Assembly: GCA_964505305.1 (NCBI GenBank)
Contig: CAZDHE010000001.1
Span: forward strand, 27,776 to 91,775
Direction of reading: 5' to 3'
Source of the DNA: an uncultured Bdellovibrionales bacterium
GTDB lineage: Bacteria; Patescibacteriota; Minisyncoccia; Moranbacterales; DUUL01
DNA length: 64,000 bases
Below, piece by piece: positions 46,704 through 55,215 of the stretch (positions are counted from its first letter, which is position 1; each line of letters starts with the position of its first letter). The translations under genes were made by a program, and so were the position numbers. Under the pieces are notes generated by a model, which ran no database searches, was not told where the DNA came from, and saw nothing but the letters and a program-made list of their open reading frames with translations.

Positions 46704-48716
46704 CTAAAAAAACTTTTCCGGGGAGGGGTCGATTTCCCACTCGTCGGAAATGTTAATTAAATAATTATATAAAAACTTTTTTGAATGGTCTTTTTTAAAC
46801 AATTCTTCAAAATCAAGTAGGCAAGGAGTTTTTAGTAAGAAAGCTTGAACACTTTTTTTAAATTTGCCGGGGGATTTATTTGCTTGAGGGTCTAGAATTT
46901 CAAATCCTTCAAGTTCTTTTATTGCATTGGCAATGTCATTATAAACCTTCTTGGTTTTTTTATCAAATAACTGCTTGCTTGTTGAAAGGGGAGCGGTATA
47001 AGTTATTTTATAGAAATGACCAAAGGGAGGATATTTCAGTGATTTTCTTTTTTCAAGCTCTTCCCGGAGATAGTTTTCCCAGTCCCACCTTTTTAAGTGC
47101 TCAAAAAACTTATTGTTTGGTTGATAGGTTTGAATAATGACTTGCCCGGCTTTGTTGAATGATTTTCCCGGGCGATTAATCCTTCCGGCTAATTGAAACA
47201 AGCTTCCCAGCCATTTTTCATCAAAGCGAAAATCGGTTTTTCCCATTTGTTTGTCTGCGTTAATAACACCTGCAAATTCGATTTTTTCCAAGTCGAAACT
47301 TTTGGATATAGCCTGGGTTCCCACTAAAAAATCCAATTTACCCTCATAGAAAAGCTTAAAAATTCTCTCTCTTTCCCCCTTTTTTGCAAAGACACCGTTA
47401 TCGACGCAAGCAATTCGGGCTTCCGGAAAAAGCTGTTGCAATTCTTCCGCAATTGATTCAGTTCCAAATCCCAAATTTATTAGGCGAAAACTTTTGCACT
47501 GCGGACATTGAGCTATGGAAGAGGTTTTGTAAGAGCAGTGGAGGCACTTAATCTTATCACCGGAATTTATGAGAGTGGATGAACATTTGGGGCATTTTAG
47601 TATTTTTTTACAATCGCTGCACATTACGGCGCTGCTTTTGCCTCTATTGGGAACCATAATTATCCCGGTTTTTTTGCGGTGGAGGGCGGACTTGAAAGCT
47701 TCCATTAATTGCGGGGAAAGATAAAATCCTTTGCGATTATTTTTAACATAAAGACTTTTTAAATCGGCTAAAACTATTTCCGGTTTTAGGGCTTTTTTAT
47801 ATTTTTTTCTTAGCATGGGTAGACGAAGAAGGGTTAGTTTTTTCTCAAGGTATTTTTGATAAGAATCAGCTGATGGGGTAGCAGAGGATAATATCAATCC
47901 GGTTTTGTGGGCATTAGATAGTTTTTGAGCTATATCCACTGCATGATAAGCCGGTTTTTTGTTCCATTGTTTGTAGGAAGATTCTTGTTCTTCTTCTACG
48001 ACGATCAGCCCCAGGTTTTTAAATTGCAAAAAAAGCCCCATTTTGGTTGTTAGTAAGACATCTATTTCCCCCTTTTTTACATTTTCCCAGATAAAAGATA
48101 TTTCTGAAGGTTTTAATTCAGAGTGCAACAAAGCTATTCTGCCTTTTTTGATTCTGTTTTGGTATCTTTTTAGTTCTTGATAGGATAGAAAGATTTCCGG
48201 TAACAAGATTAAAACTTGCTTTTTTTTATTAATGAATTTTTCCGCTATTTTTATGATAGTTTCTGTTTTTCCGGAAGAAGCCGGTCCGTATAGAAGAAAG
48301 CCTCCTCTTTTTTGGCCGGAGGTCTTTTTAATAGCTTCACTTTGCTTGGGAGTTGGCCGGATAGAAAGTTTTTTCAGGGTTTGGGTAGAAAGGTCGGGAG
48401 GTTGTTTCTTTTGAGTTAAGTTGAAAGTGAAGAGTTTCAGCGTCACCCCCATGGGAGTGAAATAGGAGGCGGAAATTTTTTCGGCAAGAGCGTATTGTTT
48501 TGGAGATATTAAATTCTTCTTTAGCCTCTTTTGTATTTTTTTGGCAAAAAAAGCCGGCTTACGGGTCTCTTTAACAACAACGCCTTTGACGGGCTTATTT
48601 TTAAAGTCAATCAAAACCAGATCTCCAAAGCCCAAGTCTTTTTCGAATTTATAGGTAAACCAAGGCTCTCTTTTAAGGCTGATTTTTATAAGGGGGATTA
48701 TTTGAAAATATTTCAT
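46704..48716 (-). CDS. priA: Primosomal protein N' (PriA helicase)
   Basis: 670 aa. Walker A GPASSGKTE, a DEEH-like box VVEEEQESSYK and a Cys-rich zinc module (CSDC..CPKC..CLHC..CPQC). Confidence 0.85.
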   Translation of the reverse strand: MKYFQIIPLIKISLKREPWFTYKFEKDLGFGDLVLIDFKNKPVKGVVVKETRKPAFFAKKIQKRLKKNLISPKQYALAEKISASYFTPMGVTLKLFTFNLTQKKQPPDLSTQTLKKLSIRPTPKQSEAIKKTSGQKRGGFLLYGPASSGKTETIIKIAEKFINKKKQVLILLPEIFLSYQELKRYQNRIKKGRIALLHSELKPSEISFIWENVKKGEIDVLLTTKMGLFLQFKNLGLIVVEEEQESSYKQWNKKPAYHAVDIAQKLSNAHKTGLILSSATPSADSYQKYLEKKLTLLRLPMLRKKYKKALKPEIVLADLKSLYVKNNRKGFYLSPQLMEAFKSALHRKKTGIIMVPNRGKSSAVMCSDCKKILKCPKCSSTLINSGDKIKCLHCSYKTSSIAQCPQCKSFRLINLGFGTESIAEELQQLFPEARIACVDNGVFAKKGERERIFKLFYEGKLDFLVGTQAISKSFDLEKIEFAGVINADKQMGKTDFRFDEKWLGSLFQLAGRINRPGKSFNKAGQVIIQTYQPNNKFFEHLKRWDWENYLREELEKRKSLKYPPFGHFYKITYTAPLSTSKQLFDKKTKKVYNDIANAIKELEGFEILDPQANKSPGKFKKSVQAFLLKTPCLLDFEELFKKDHSKKFLYNYLINISDEWEIDPSPEKFF

Positions 48717-48906
48717 TGAATTTTTATACTTGAGTAATTTTTAATATTTAGTACAGGAAAAATAATTTATGTTTTTTTAAATAAAATTTTCAAAATGTTT
48801 TTGATTGGCGCGATTTCTAAAAATTTCAGTTTCAATTAAAAACAGCAGTTCTTGATGTTAAAGAGTTTAAGCGATATTGCTTTCCTATTGGAATAACCAT
48901 TGGTTT

Positions 48907-49704
48907 TCATTTTATTTTCCACTTCCCAACTAAATAACCGGAGCCCAATGGAGACTCATAGGAAAATTGCTGAAAGTCATTTTTGCAATCACTGACTAAC
49001 CCGGCGGCAATTATTATTGATTTTAAGCCTATTTCGCCGGCTTCTTTACAAAGTTCTGGGCTTAAGTGAAGCAGCCCTTGAATCTCATTTTTCTTTAAGT
49101 ATGAACTAACGCTTTGATCGAATTTGACTCCATATGGAGAATATCCCGCCGGAGAGTTATCGGAAATTCTTTGTGATAAATCTCCGCAAGCGATGAAAGC
49201 TATATTTTCTTCCGTGTTATTGAAAATACTTTTAAGTTCTTTTCCAAAATTGTAGTGCATTAAAGAATCAAGAGAATTAAAGGTCAAGGATATTATTTTA
49301 GGCTTTTTTTTGAATTTTTCACCAAAAAAAGAAAGAGGAACCAAAGATCCGTAATCGATTTCTTCTTCTTGAAGGGATTCAACGGGAAAGTGTTTGGAGC
49401 GGAGTTGTTTGAGTATCTTTCTGGCCAAGTAGTAATTTCCTTGAAAATTATATTCTTCATCATCCATAAACCCGAATTTAGAGAAACTGCCCTTTAAATT
49501 TTTTTCTAAGTTGATGGTGAATTTATCATATCTCATAGGTCCGCGGGGTGAAATCAGGAAAATGGTATCGGGCTGATATTTGGCCAAGTCTTCGCCCAAA
49601 TCATTAACGGCCTTAACTGTTTTCTTGGTCAAGGTTTGGTATTTACCTGCTATGTTCGGAGCAATAGCCGGAGAATAAGTTGTTATACCCACAAAATTTA
49701 ACAT
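48907..49704 (-). CDS. Class III extradiol dioxygenase subunit B-like / MEMO-like family protein
   Basis: 265 aa. PDTIFLISPRGP, DYGSLVPLSF, IACGDLS, resembling the LigB-superfamily pattern. Function unknown. Confidence 0.5.
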   Translation of the reverse strand: MLNFVGITTYSPAIAPNIAGKYQTLTKKTVKAVNDLGEDLAKYQPDTIFLISPRGPMRYDKFTINLEKNLKGSFSKFGFMDDEEYNFQGNYYLARKILKQLRSKHFPVESLQEEEIDYGSLVPLSFFGEKFKKKPKIISLTFNSLDSLMHYNFGKELKSIFNNTEENIAFIACGDLSQRISDNSPAGYSPYGVKFDQSVSSYLKKNEIQGLLHLSPELCKEAGEIGLKSIIIAAGLVSDCKNDFQQFSYESPLGSGYLVGKWKIK

Positions 49705-50068
49705 ATCGGTGAAGATTTTAAATTTTCGCCAAAATTATTCCGGGAAACATTTTTATGGAAATGATTTGAGAATAATTCTTCAATAAACCTCCTTTTTATT
49801 TATTCTATACGATTATGCTTTCATTTACAATACAAAAAGCAACTTCAAAGAACTGGAAGAGGGCGGATTGAAATTGCAAGGCTCTTTTAAGCAAATAACT
49901 TCAAAAAAAGCGACTTTTTAAATATATATTTGGATGACCGGACTTAGATTTGTCGGGTATTATTTACTCTTGATGTTTTTGGGAATAAATATTATAATGG
50001 CCACTGTTGTTTTTAAAGCTAATGTTTTTGGCGGGCTGATTTATCAGCTTGTTAAAAACAAAAAAATA

Positions 50069-50629
50069 ATGAAAAAAATTGTTATCGGATTAACCGGCGA
50101 AGCCGGCTCCGGAAAAGATACTGTGGGGAAGTATTTAGAAGAGGAATACGGAGCCACCCAAGTAAGATTTGCAGATCCTATTAAAGAAACCTTGTCTATT
50201 TATTTCGATAAGCTTTCCAGGGAGGATCAGAGCTGGCTTTTTGGAGTTTTTCAAGAGCGTTTCGGGGCTGATATTTTAAGCAGAGCTATAAGAAAAAGAA
50301 TAGAAGAAGATTCAAATGAAATGATTGTGGTAAACGGATTAAGAATGCCTCCCGATTATGATTTTATAAGAAGTTTTGAAAATTCTTATGTGTTGTATGT
50401 AACGGCGGATCAAAAAACTCGCTGGCAAAGATCTACGGGCAGGGGGGAGAAGAGTGACGATGGAGCCTCTTTTGAGGATTTTAAGGAAAGTGAAAAAAAA
50501 GAAACGGAAGTACATATTCCGGAAATAGGGGCTAAGTCAGATTATAAAATAGAAAATAATGAAGATTTGGAAACTCTCTTGCAAAAAGTGGATGATTTTT
50601 TACAAGAAATAGGTTTTTGCAAAAAATAA
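50069..50629 (+). CDS. P-loop nucleoside/nucleotide kinase-like protein
   Basis: Start moved to the in-frame ATG at 50069 (MKKIVIGLTGEAGSGKDT, Walker A). The upstream 45 codons of the tracked ORF look non-coding. Confidence 0.45.
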   Translation: MKKIVIGLTGEAGSGKDTVGKYLEEEYGATQVRFADPIKETLSIYFDKLSREDQSWLFGVFQERFGADILSRAIRKRIEEDSNEMIVVNGLRMPPDYDFIRSFENSYVLYVTADQKTRWQRSTGRGEKSDDGASFEDFKESEKKETEVHIPEIGAKSDYKIENNEDLETLLQKVDDFLQEIGFCKK

Positions 50630-50856
50630 ACTTTAGTTTAAAATATCTTCAGAGACTACTTGAGAAATTGTCTATTAAGCAGGATATAATTAATTTTAAT
50701 TATGAAAGACCTTTTTATTCCTTCCTTGTTACAAAGGAAAGTTGGAGGAGGCATTTACTGATTAGTAGAATAAATCTCCCTTAATCCTCTTTTTGCAGAG
50801 AGTGGGGGGGGAGAAGGAAAATTTAATTTTGTAATTCAAGGTAATTAGCAATTTTT

Positions 50857-51549
50857 ATGAGCAAAAAGCAATTGTTTATAGTGGCTACTCCAATAGGTAA
50901 TTTGGGAGATATTACTTATAGAGCAATTCGCATTCTTAGCGAAGTAGATTTTATCCTTTGTGAGGACACCCGTAAAACTAAGTCCTTATTGGAAAAATAT
51001 CAAATTAAAAAACCCCTGACGGCCTATCATCAGCAAAGTAATCCAAGACAAATTGAAAAAATTATTGACAAAATTAGTAAAAGCCGGACAGTTGCTTTAG
51101 TGACGGAGGCGGGAACACCCGGGATTTCTGATCCGGGGAATGAATTAATCGCCAGATTAGAAGAGACGTTGGGAGAGAAAATAGACTTTATTCCCATTCC
51201 GGGGCCTTGCGCTTTAGTGTCCTTGGCGTCTGTAGCCGGGATAAATATGAATAAATTTGTTTTTTTGGGCTTTCCTCCAAATAAAAAGGGGCGAAACAAA
51301 TTTTTTCAAGAACTGGTGGAGTTGAATTTACCCGTAGTCTATTATGACTCTCCCTACAGAGTCATTAAAAATCTAAAACTTTTGCAAGAAATTTGTGAAA
51401 AAAAAGAAATCCCCAAGAAAATAATTTTGGGGAGGGAATTAACAAAAATGCATGAGCAAATTAAAAGTGGAACCATTGAAGAAGTTGTTGATTTTTTCAA
51501 TAAACATCCTGATAAAATCAAAGGAGAATTCGTCTTAATAGCTTATTAG
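50857..51549 (+). CDS. rsmI: 16S rRNA (cytidine1402-2'-O)-methyltransferase
   Basis: 230 aa. LFIVATPIGNLGDITYRAIRIL..ILCEDTRKT, EAGTPGISDPG. Confidence 0.85.
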   Translation: MSKKQLFIVATPIGNLGDITYRAIRILSEVDFILCEDTRKTKSLLEKYQIKKPLTAYHQQSNPRQIEKIIDKISKSRTVALVTEAGTPGISDPGNELIARLEETLGEKIDFIPIPGPCALVSLASVAGINMNKFVFLGFPPNKKGRNKFFQELVELNLPVVYYDSPYRVIKNLKLLQEICEKKEIPKKIILGRELTKMHEQIKSGTIEEVVDFFNKHPDKIKGEFVLIAY

Positions 51550-51575
51550 ACAGTTTATTGTTAAATAAAATTTAC

Positions 51576-51609
51576 ACTACCATATTACGTTATTACGTTA
51601 TATGGTAGT
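51576..51609. repeat. Near-perfect 34-bp palindrome/hairpin
   Basis: ACTACCATAT-t-ACGT-tatt-ACGT-t-ATATGGTAGT. The centre also reads as a direct repeat, TTACGTTA TTACGTTA. Confidence 0.85.
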
Positions 51610-51654
51610 AAATTCAGAAAGATTTATCTTTTAATAAATGTTTTAATAAAATAT

Positions 51655-52068
51655 ATGACAGATTATACGGTTATTTCAAAATACAGAAATAAAGAGCAGT
51701 GCCAATATTTGATTAATAAACTGCGGGAAAAAGGTAAATCTTGCTATAGTTTTTTGGATGAGCCTGCAGATCCGGATAATCCGGAGGGAGAAGCGGAAGA
51801 GCAAATGAAGGCTTTTGAGAGTACCCAAGATTTTTTCAATAACGAATACTTTAAAAAGCTATTCAAAAAGGATTTAGAAGGGCTTAAAAGCGCTCGGGAA
51901 GTAATTATGCTTTTGCCGGCCGGCAACTCTGTGCATATGGAAGCCGGAATTGCTTATGGACTGGGTAAGAGGTTGATTCTTATCGGCAAGCCGGAAAAGC
52001 CGGAGTCGCTGTATTTAATTTTTGATGAGCATTATAATTCTATTGATGATTTTTTGAAAAGTATATAA
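51655..52068 (+). CDS. Nucleoside 2-deoxyribosyltransferase-like domain protein (tentative)
   Basis: 137 aa. The C-terminal pattern VIMLLPAGNSVHMEAGIAYGLGKRLILIG resembles the NDT-fold catalytic-Glu region. Confidence 0.35.
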   Translation: MTDYTVISKYRNKEQCQYLINKLREKGKSCYSFLDEPADPDNPEGEAEEQMKAFESTQDFFNNEYFKKLFKKDLEGLKSAREVIMLLPAGNSVHMEAGIAYGLGKRLILIGKPEKPESLYLIFDEHYNSIDDFLKSI

Positions 52069-52070
52069 AT

Positions 52071-52628
52071 TTATTGAACGACATACTCTTTCTCGTCTTT
52101 GTATTCCTCCAAAGTTTCCCCGGAGAAATTCTTGATTTTAACTTCCAGGGAAGCTCTCAGTTTCCCGGTCTTTTCAATAAAGGTGGACGTGAAACCGCAA
52201 GCCTTGGGAGTTTCTTTGGAGACGGAAGAGGAAATTTCTTGCTCTCTATATAAGACTTCTTCGTTATTCTCATTGAGATAAAATTTCCATTGGCAATCAG
52301 CTTTAAAACCATCATCGCTGTCTATTCCGGAAAATTCAGCTCTCCATAACCTGGCCTGTCCCGGCATAAAGGTTTTTTCTTCCGGGCTCACGATTGCCAA
52401 AGAAATATTTTCTCCCATGGAGTCATCTGTTTCCATTTGTTTTAAAACCTCTTCGGGAGTTAATTCTTCGGAATCTTTTTCATTATCAGAAAAATCACTC
52501 TTATTTTCTTCTTGATTTGAATTTTTATGCAAAGGAGCGCTTGCCGGTCTTGATACAATTAACCAAGCCAAAAACAACATTAACAATAATAAGAGAAGGA
52601 TGATAACCCATTTCTTCTTTTTCTTCAT
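52071..52628 (-). CDS. Hypothetical membrane-anchored/secreted protein
   Basis: 185 aa with a poly-Lys plus Leu-rich anchor. No family recognised. Confidence 0.35.
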   Translation of the reverse strand: MKKKKKWVIILLLLLLMLFLAWLIVSRPASAPLHKNSNQEENKSDFSDNEKDSEELTPEEVLKQMETDDSMGENISLAIVSPEEKTFMPGQARLWRAEFSGIDSDDGFKADCQWKFYLNENNEEVLYREQEISSSVSKETPKACGFTSTFIEKTGKLRASLEVKIKNFSGETLEEYKDEKEYVVQ

Positions 52629-52810
52629 TTTTTTAAAAGAATAATTAAAAGCTATGGTCTTTAAAAATTATTTTAATTAAGGCTCTGTAAATGATTGAAA
52701 ATAATCCTTCCGATTGCGTTTTTAGATAACTTTTTTCTAAATGCTTGAAAAATGGCAATTTCTTTAAATTTTCTATTTTCAAAGGAGTCAATAAAATTTT
52801 ATCACCTTTT

Positions 52811-53962
52811 TTATTTTTTTAGAAGCTTTTTTCTTAGTTCTTTCTCCCGCCTCTTTTTCTCCTTCCAATCAAATGGATTTCCCAGTTGTTGAGCCCGGGT
52901 TTGAGGTCTCGGGGAGTATTTGTTAATAAAGGCGTCATCAAAATTAACAATTTCAAAAACCTTGACAGTCTCCCGGAAGTCTTTTTCTGTTTCAGTAGGA
53001 AATCCGACAATCACATCTGTCGTGATTATTACATTGGGAATTTTATTTCTGATTTTTTTGATTAAACTCAGGTAGTGCTCTTGAGTGTAAGGTCGGTTCA
53101 TTTCTTTGAGCACTCTACTGCTTCCGGACTGCAAAGGCAGGTGAATTTCATTGAGAATATTTTCATTTTCGGCGATTACATCAATCAAGTCTCCAGAAAA
53201 ATCTTTGGGATGGGAAGTGAGGAATTTAAAACTAATTTGAGGAAAATCTTTTGCCAATACATCTAAAAGGATTGGAAAATTTATATTTGCGTAATTGGTA
53301 ATTGGTAATTGGTTATTAGGATTCGGTTTTGAGTTTTGAGTTATGGTTTTGTGTTTTGTGTTTTGTGTTTTGACTTTATATGAATTAACATTCTGCCCCA
53401 GAAGCAAAATTTCTTTTACCCCTTTACTATTTAATTTTTTGACCTCCTCGAAAATATCTTCCGGCGATCTGGACCATTCTCGGCCGCGGGCGTAGGGAAC
53501 CACACAATAAGAGCAAAAATTGTTGCACCCGGTCATAATTGGCACGAAAGCAAAGTCTTTATGCTTGTATTTGGGCGTTATTTTTAAATAATTTTCAACA
53601 AGGCCGTCTCCGGAAGAATTTGTTGCTTCACTTAGTTTATTCCAAACATCTTCGATTGAAGCAAAGATATCCACGTACTTGGACAGATTTTTTCGAGTAT
53701 CTTCTCGGTGGGCCATACAACCGGTTAAAATCACTTGGCTTTCCGGATTTTCCTCTTTATAGTTTTTGAGATTCCCCCAAACTCTGTCTTCGGCGGTTTG
53801 ACGAACAGCGCAAGTGTTCATAATGATTAGATCTGCTTTTTGGGGAGCGGTTATTTGTTCTAATCCTTTTTGGTCCAAGAAAGAAGCCAGTCTTTCACTA
53901 TCGGAAAAGTTCATTTGACAGCCGAAGGTTTTGATAAAATAATAGTATGGTTTTTTAGACAT
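52811..53962 (-). CDS. miaB: MiaB-like radical-SAM methylthiotransferase lacking the TRAM domain
   Basis: Start moved to the internal Met (MSKKPYYYFIKTFGCQMNFSDSE). Contains NTCAVRQTAE and the radical-SAM motif GCNNFCSYCVVPYARGRE. The protein ends soon after YSPRPQTRA...KKRREKEL, where canonical MiaB continues into TRAM. Confidence 0.8.
   Translation of the reverse strand: MSKKPYYYFIKTFGCQMNFSDSERLASFLDQKGLEQITAPQKADLIIMNTCAVRQTAEDRVWGNLKNYKEENPESQVILTGCMAHREDTRKNLSKYVDIFASIEDVWNKLSEATNSSGDGLVENYLKITPKYKHKDFAFVPIMTGCNNFCSYCVVPYARGREWSRSPEDIFEEVKKLNSKGVKEILLLGQNVNSYKVKTQNTKHKTITQNSKPNPNNQLPITNYANINFPILLDVLAKDFPQISFKFLTSHPKDFSGDLIDVIAENENILNEIHLPLQSGSSRVLKEMNRPYTQEHYLSLIKKIRNKIPNVIITTDVIVGFPTETEKDFRETVKVFEIVNFDDAFINKYSPRPQTRAQQLGNPFDWKEKKRREKELRKKLLKK
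53291..53373. repeat. Array of heptanucleotide tandem repeats inside the miaB-like CDS
   Basis: The + strand reads GTAATTG x3, GTTATTA, GGATTCG, GTTTTGA x2, GTTATG, GTTTTGT x3, GTTTTGA. It encodes the insert ..KTQNTKHKTITQNSKPNPNNQLPITNY... Confidence 0.9.
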
Positions 53963-54289
53963 ATTTTTCAATAATATTAAACAGCTTTCTTTAGAGGGTC
54001 TTAGAAATTGAGCTAAATTTGCGGCCTTGTAACGATTAATTATTAATTTATCGGTCAAGGTTAAATTTTTTTGAATTTTGACATAAAAAATTATAAATGA
54101 AAAGATTGTGAGATAAAAAAGAGTAGTTTTGTGGTGATTCATTAAAATAAAAAGCAAACCGCAAAGACCTGTAAAGCAAATTTTTGCTTTAGTAAAAAGT
54201 TTTTTGGCTTTATTGTAATATACGAGAAAAAGTTTGACATTTTTTAAAAATTATTTATAATGGTAAGTGGTTTCATAAGTTTTTCTTTA

Positions 54290-54361
54290 GCGGGATTCGT
54301 ATAGTGGCTATTACCCCAGCCTTCCAAGCTGGTGACGCCGGTTCGATTCCGGTATCCCGCT
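54290..54361 (+). tRNA. tRNA-Gly (anticodon TCC)
   Basis: Acceptor GCGGGAT/ATCCCGC, anticodon stem CCAGC/GCTGG, loop CTTCCAA, T arm GCCGG-TTCGATT-CCGGT, discriminator T. Confidence 0.9.
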
Positions 54362-54388
54362 CCGATTTAATCCGTTATAGTTTTTGGT

Positions 54389-54664
54389 ATGCTTCTTTTG
54401 ATTAAGGCAAAGGAAAGAAATATTTGCTTGGAGTTACTTGAAGAAAAGACAAGAAAAAAGATAAACAGGTTGGAGTGGATGGACAACAACGGACTCTCTT
54501 TGAATTTACTTAAAAGTATTGACAAAATTTTAAAAGAGAGTAAAATAGAATTAAAAGATTTAAGCGAGGTTAAAGTTGAAACTATTGAAACCGGATTCAG
54601 CACTAGGAGGATTATTGAAGCCGTAGCCGGGACGGTTTGTTTTTGTTTGGCAAAAGAGATTTAG
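54389..54664 (+). CDS. Hypothetical 91-aa protein, faint TsaB/YeaZ N-terminal-domain likeness
   Basis: MLLLIKAKERNICLELL.., ..LKDLSEVKVETIETGFSTRRIIEAVAGTV loosely parallels TsaB (..dldaiav..GPGSFTGlRig..), but the GPGSFTG motif is degenerate and the C-terminal half is missing. Confidence 0.3.
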   Translation: MLLLIKAKERNICLELLEEKTRKKINRLEWMDNNGLSLNLLKSIDKILKESKIELKDLSEVKVETIETGFSTRRIIEAVAGTVCFCLAKEI

Positions 54665-55215
54665 CTTTGCAAGTAAAAATAATTTTTGTAGATTTCTTGC
54701 TGCGGTAGGAATTAAAAATTATTTAAGCTTTCATTTGTCGGCACGTTCATTAATTACTCAAAGCGAAATTACATCCTTTTCCTTTTTAGCTGTAAAATTT
54801 TAATTAACTCAATTTTTAAATCGCAAAAACTTACTTGTTTTGTGATTTGAAAAGTATTTAAAAGGCCCGATAGAAACGGTTATTTTTTTGACTGGCAAGG
54901 TTTGACTGTTGAGCGGCTGAAAGCGAATCATTGTTTTGAGCGCTGATATTCACCAATTATCATGAAAAGAAGAGAAGCAGTTTTTATTTTTTTGATAATG
55001 ATGCTTTAACTTGAGACAGAAGTAGTTTCTATGAGTTTTTTATTTAAAAAATTACTATGGAGACAATTGATTTTTTCCATATTTCAAAATTGACGCTTTT
55101 TTAGAGTTTCTTATTCGATTTTAAAACGATTTTTTTGATTAAGAATTTAGCATAGCAGTGTTTTATTTGTTGTGATCAAGCAACACTTTTATTTTTAGAA
55201 AATTAAGTAAAAAAT

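Noticed and set aside
49934-50068. Upstream extension of the P-loop kinase-like ORF (MTGLRFVGYYLL...).
   Set aside because: The Walker A motif lies 8 residues after the internal Met at 50069, which is typical for this fold. The extension is hydrophobic and AT-rich, though a real TM anchor cannot be fully excluded.
53963-54157. 65-codon N-terminal extension of the miaB-like ORF (MLFILMNHHKTT...).
   Set aside because: Canonical MiaB begins at the ..FGCQMN.. block, which directly follows the internal Met at 53962. The extension is AT-rich and hydrophobic with no homology pattern.
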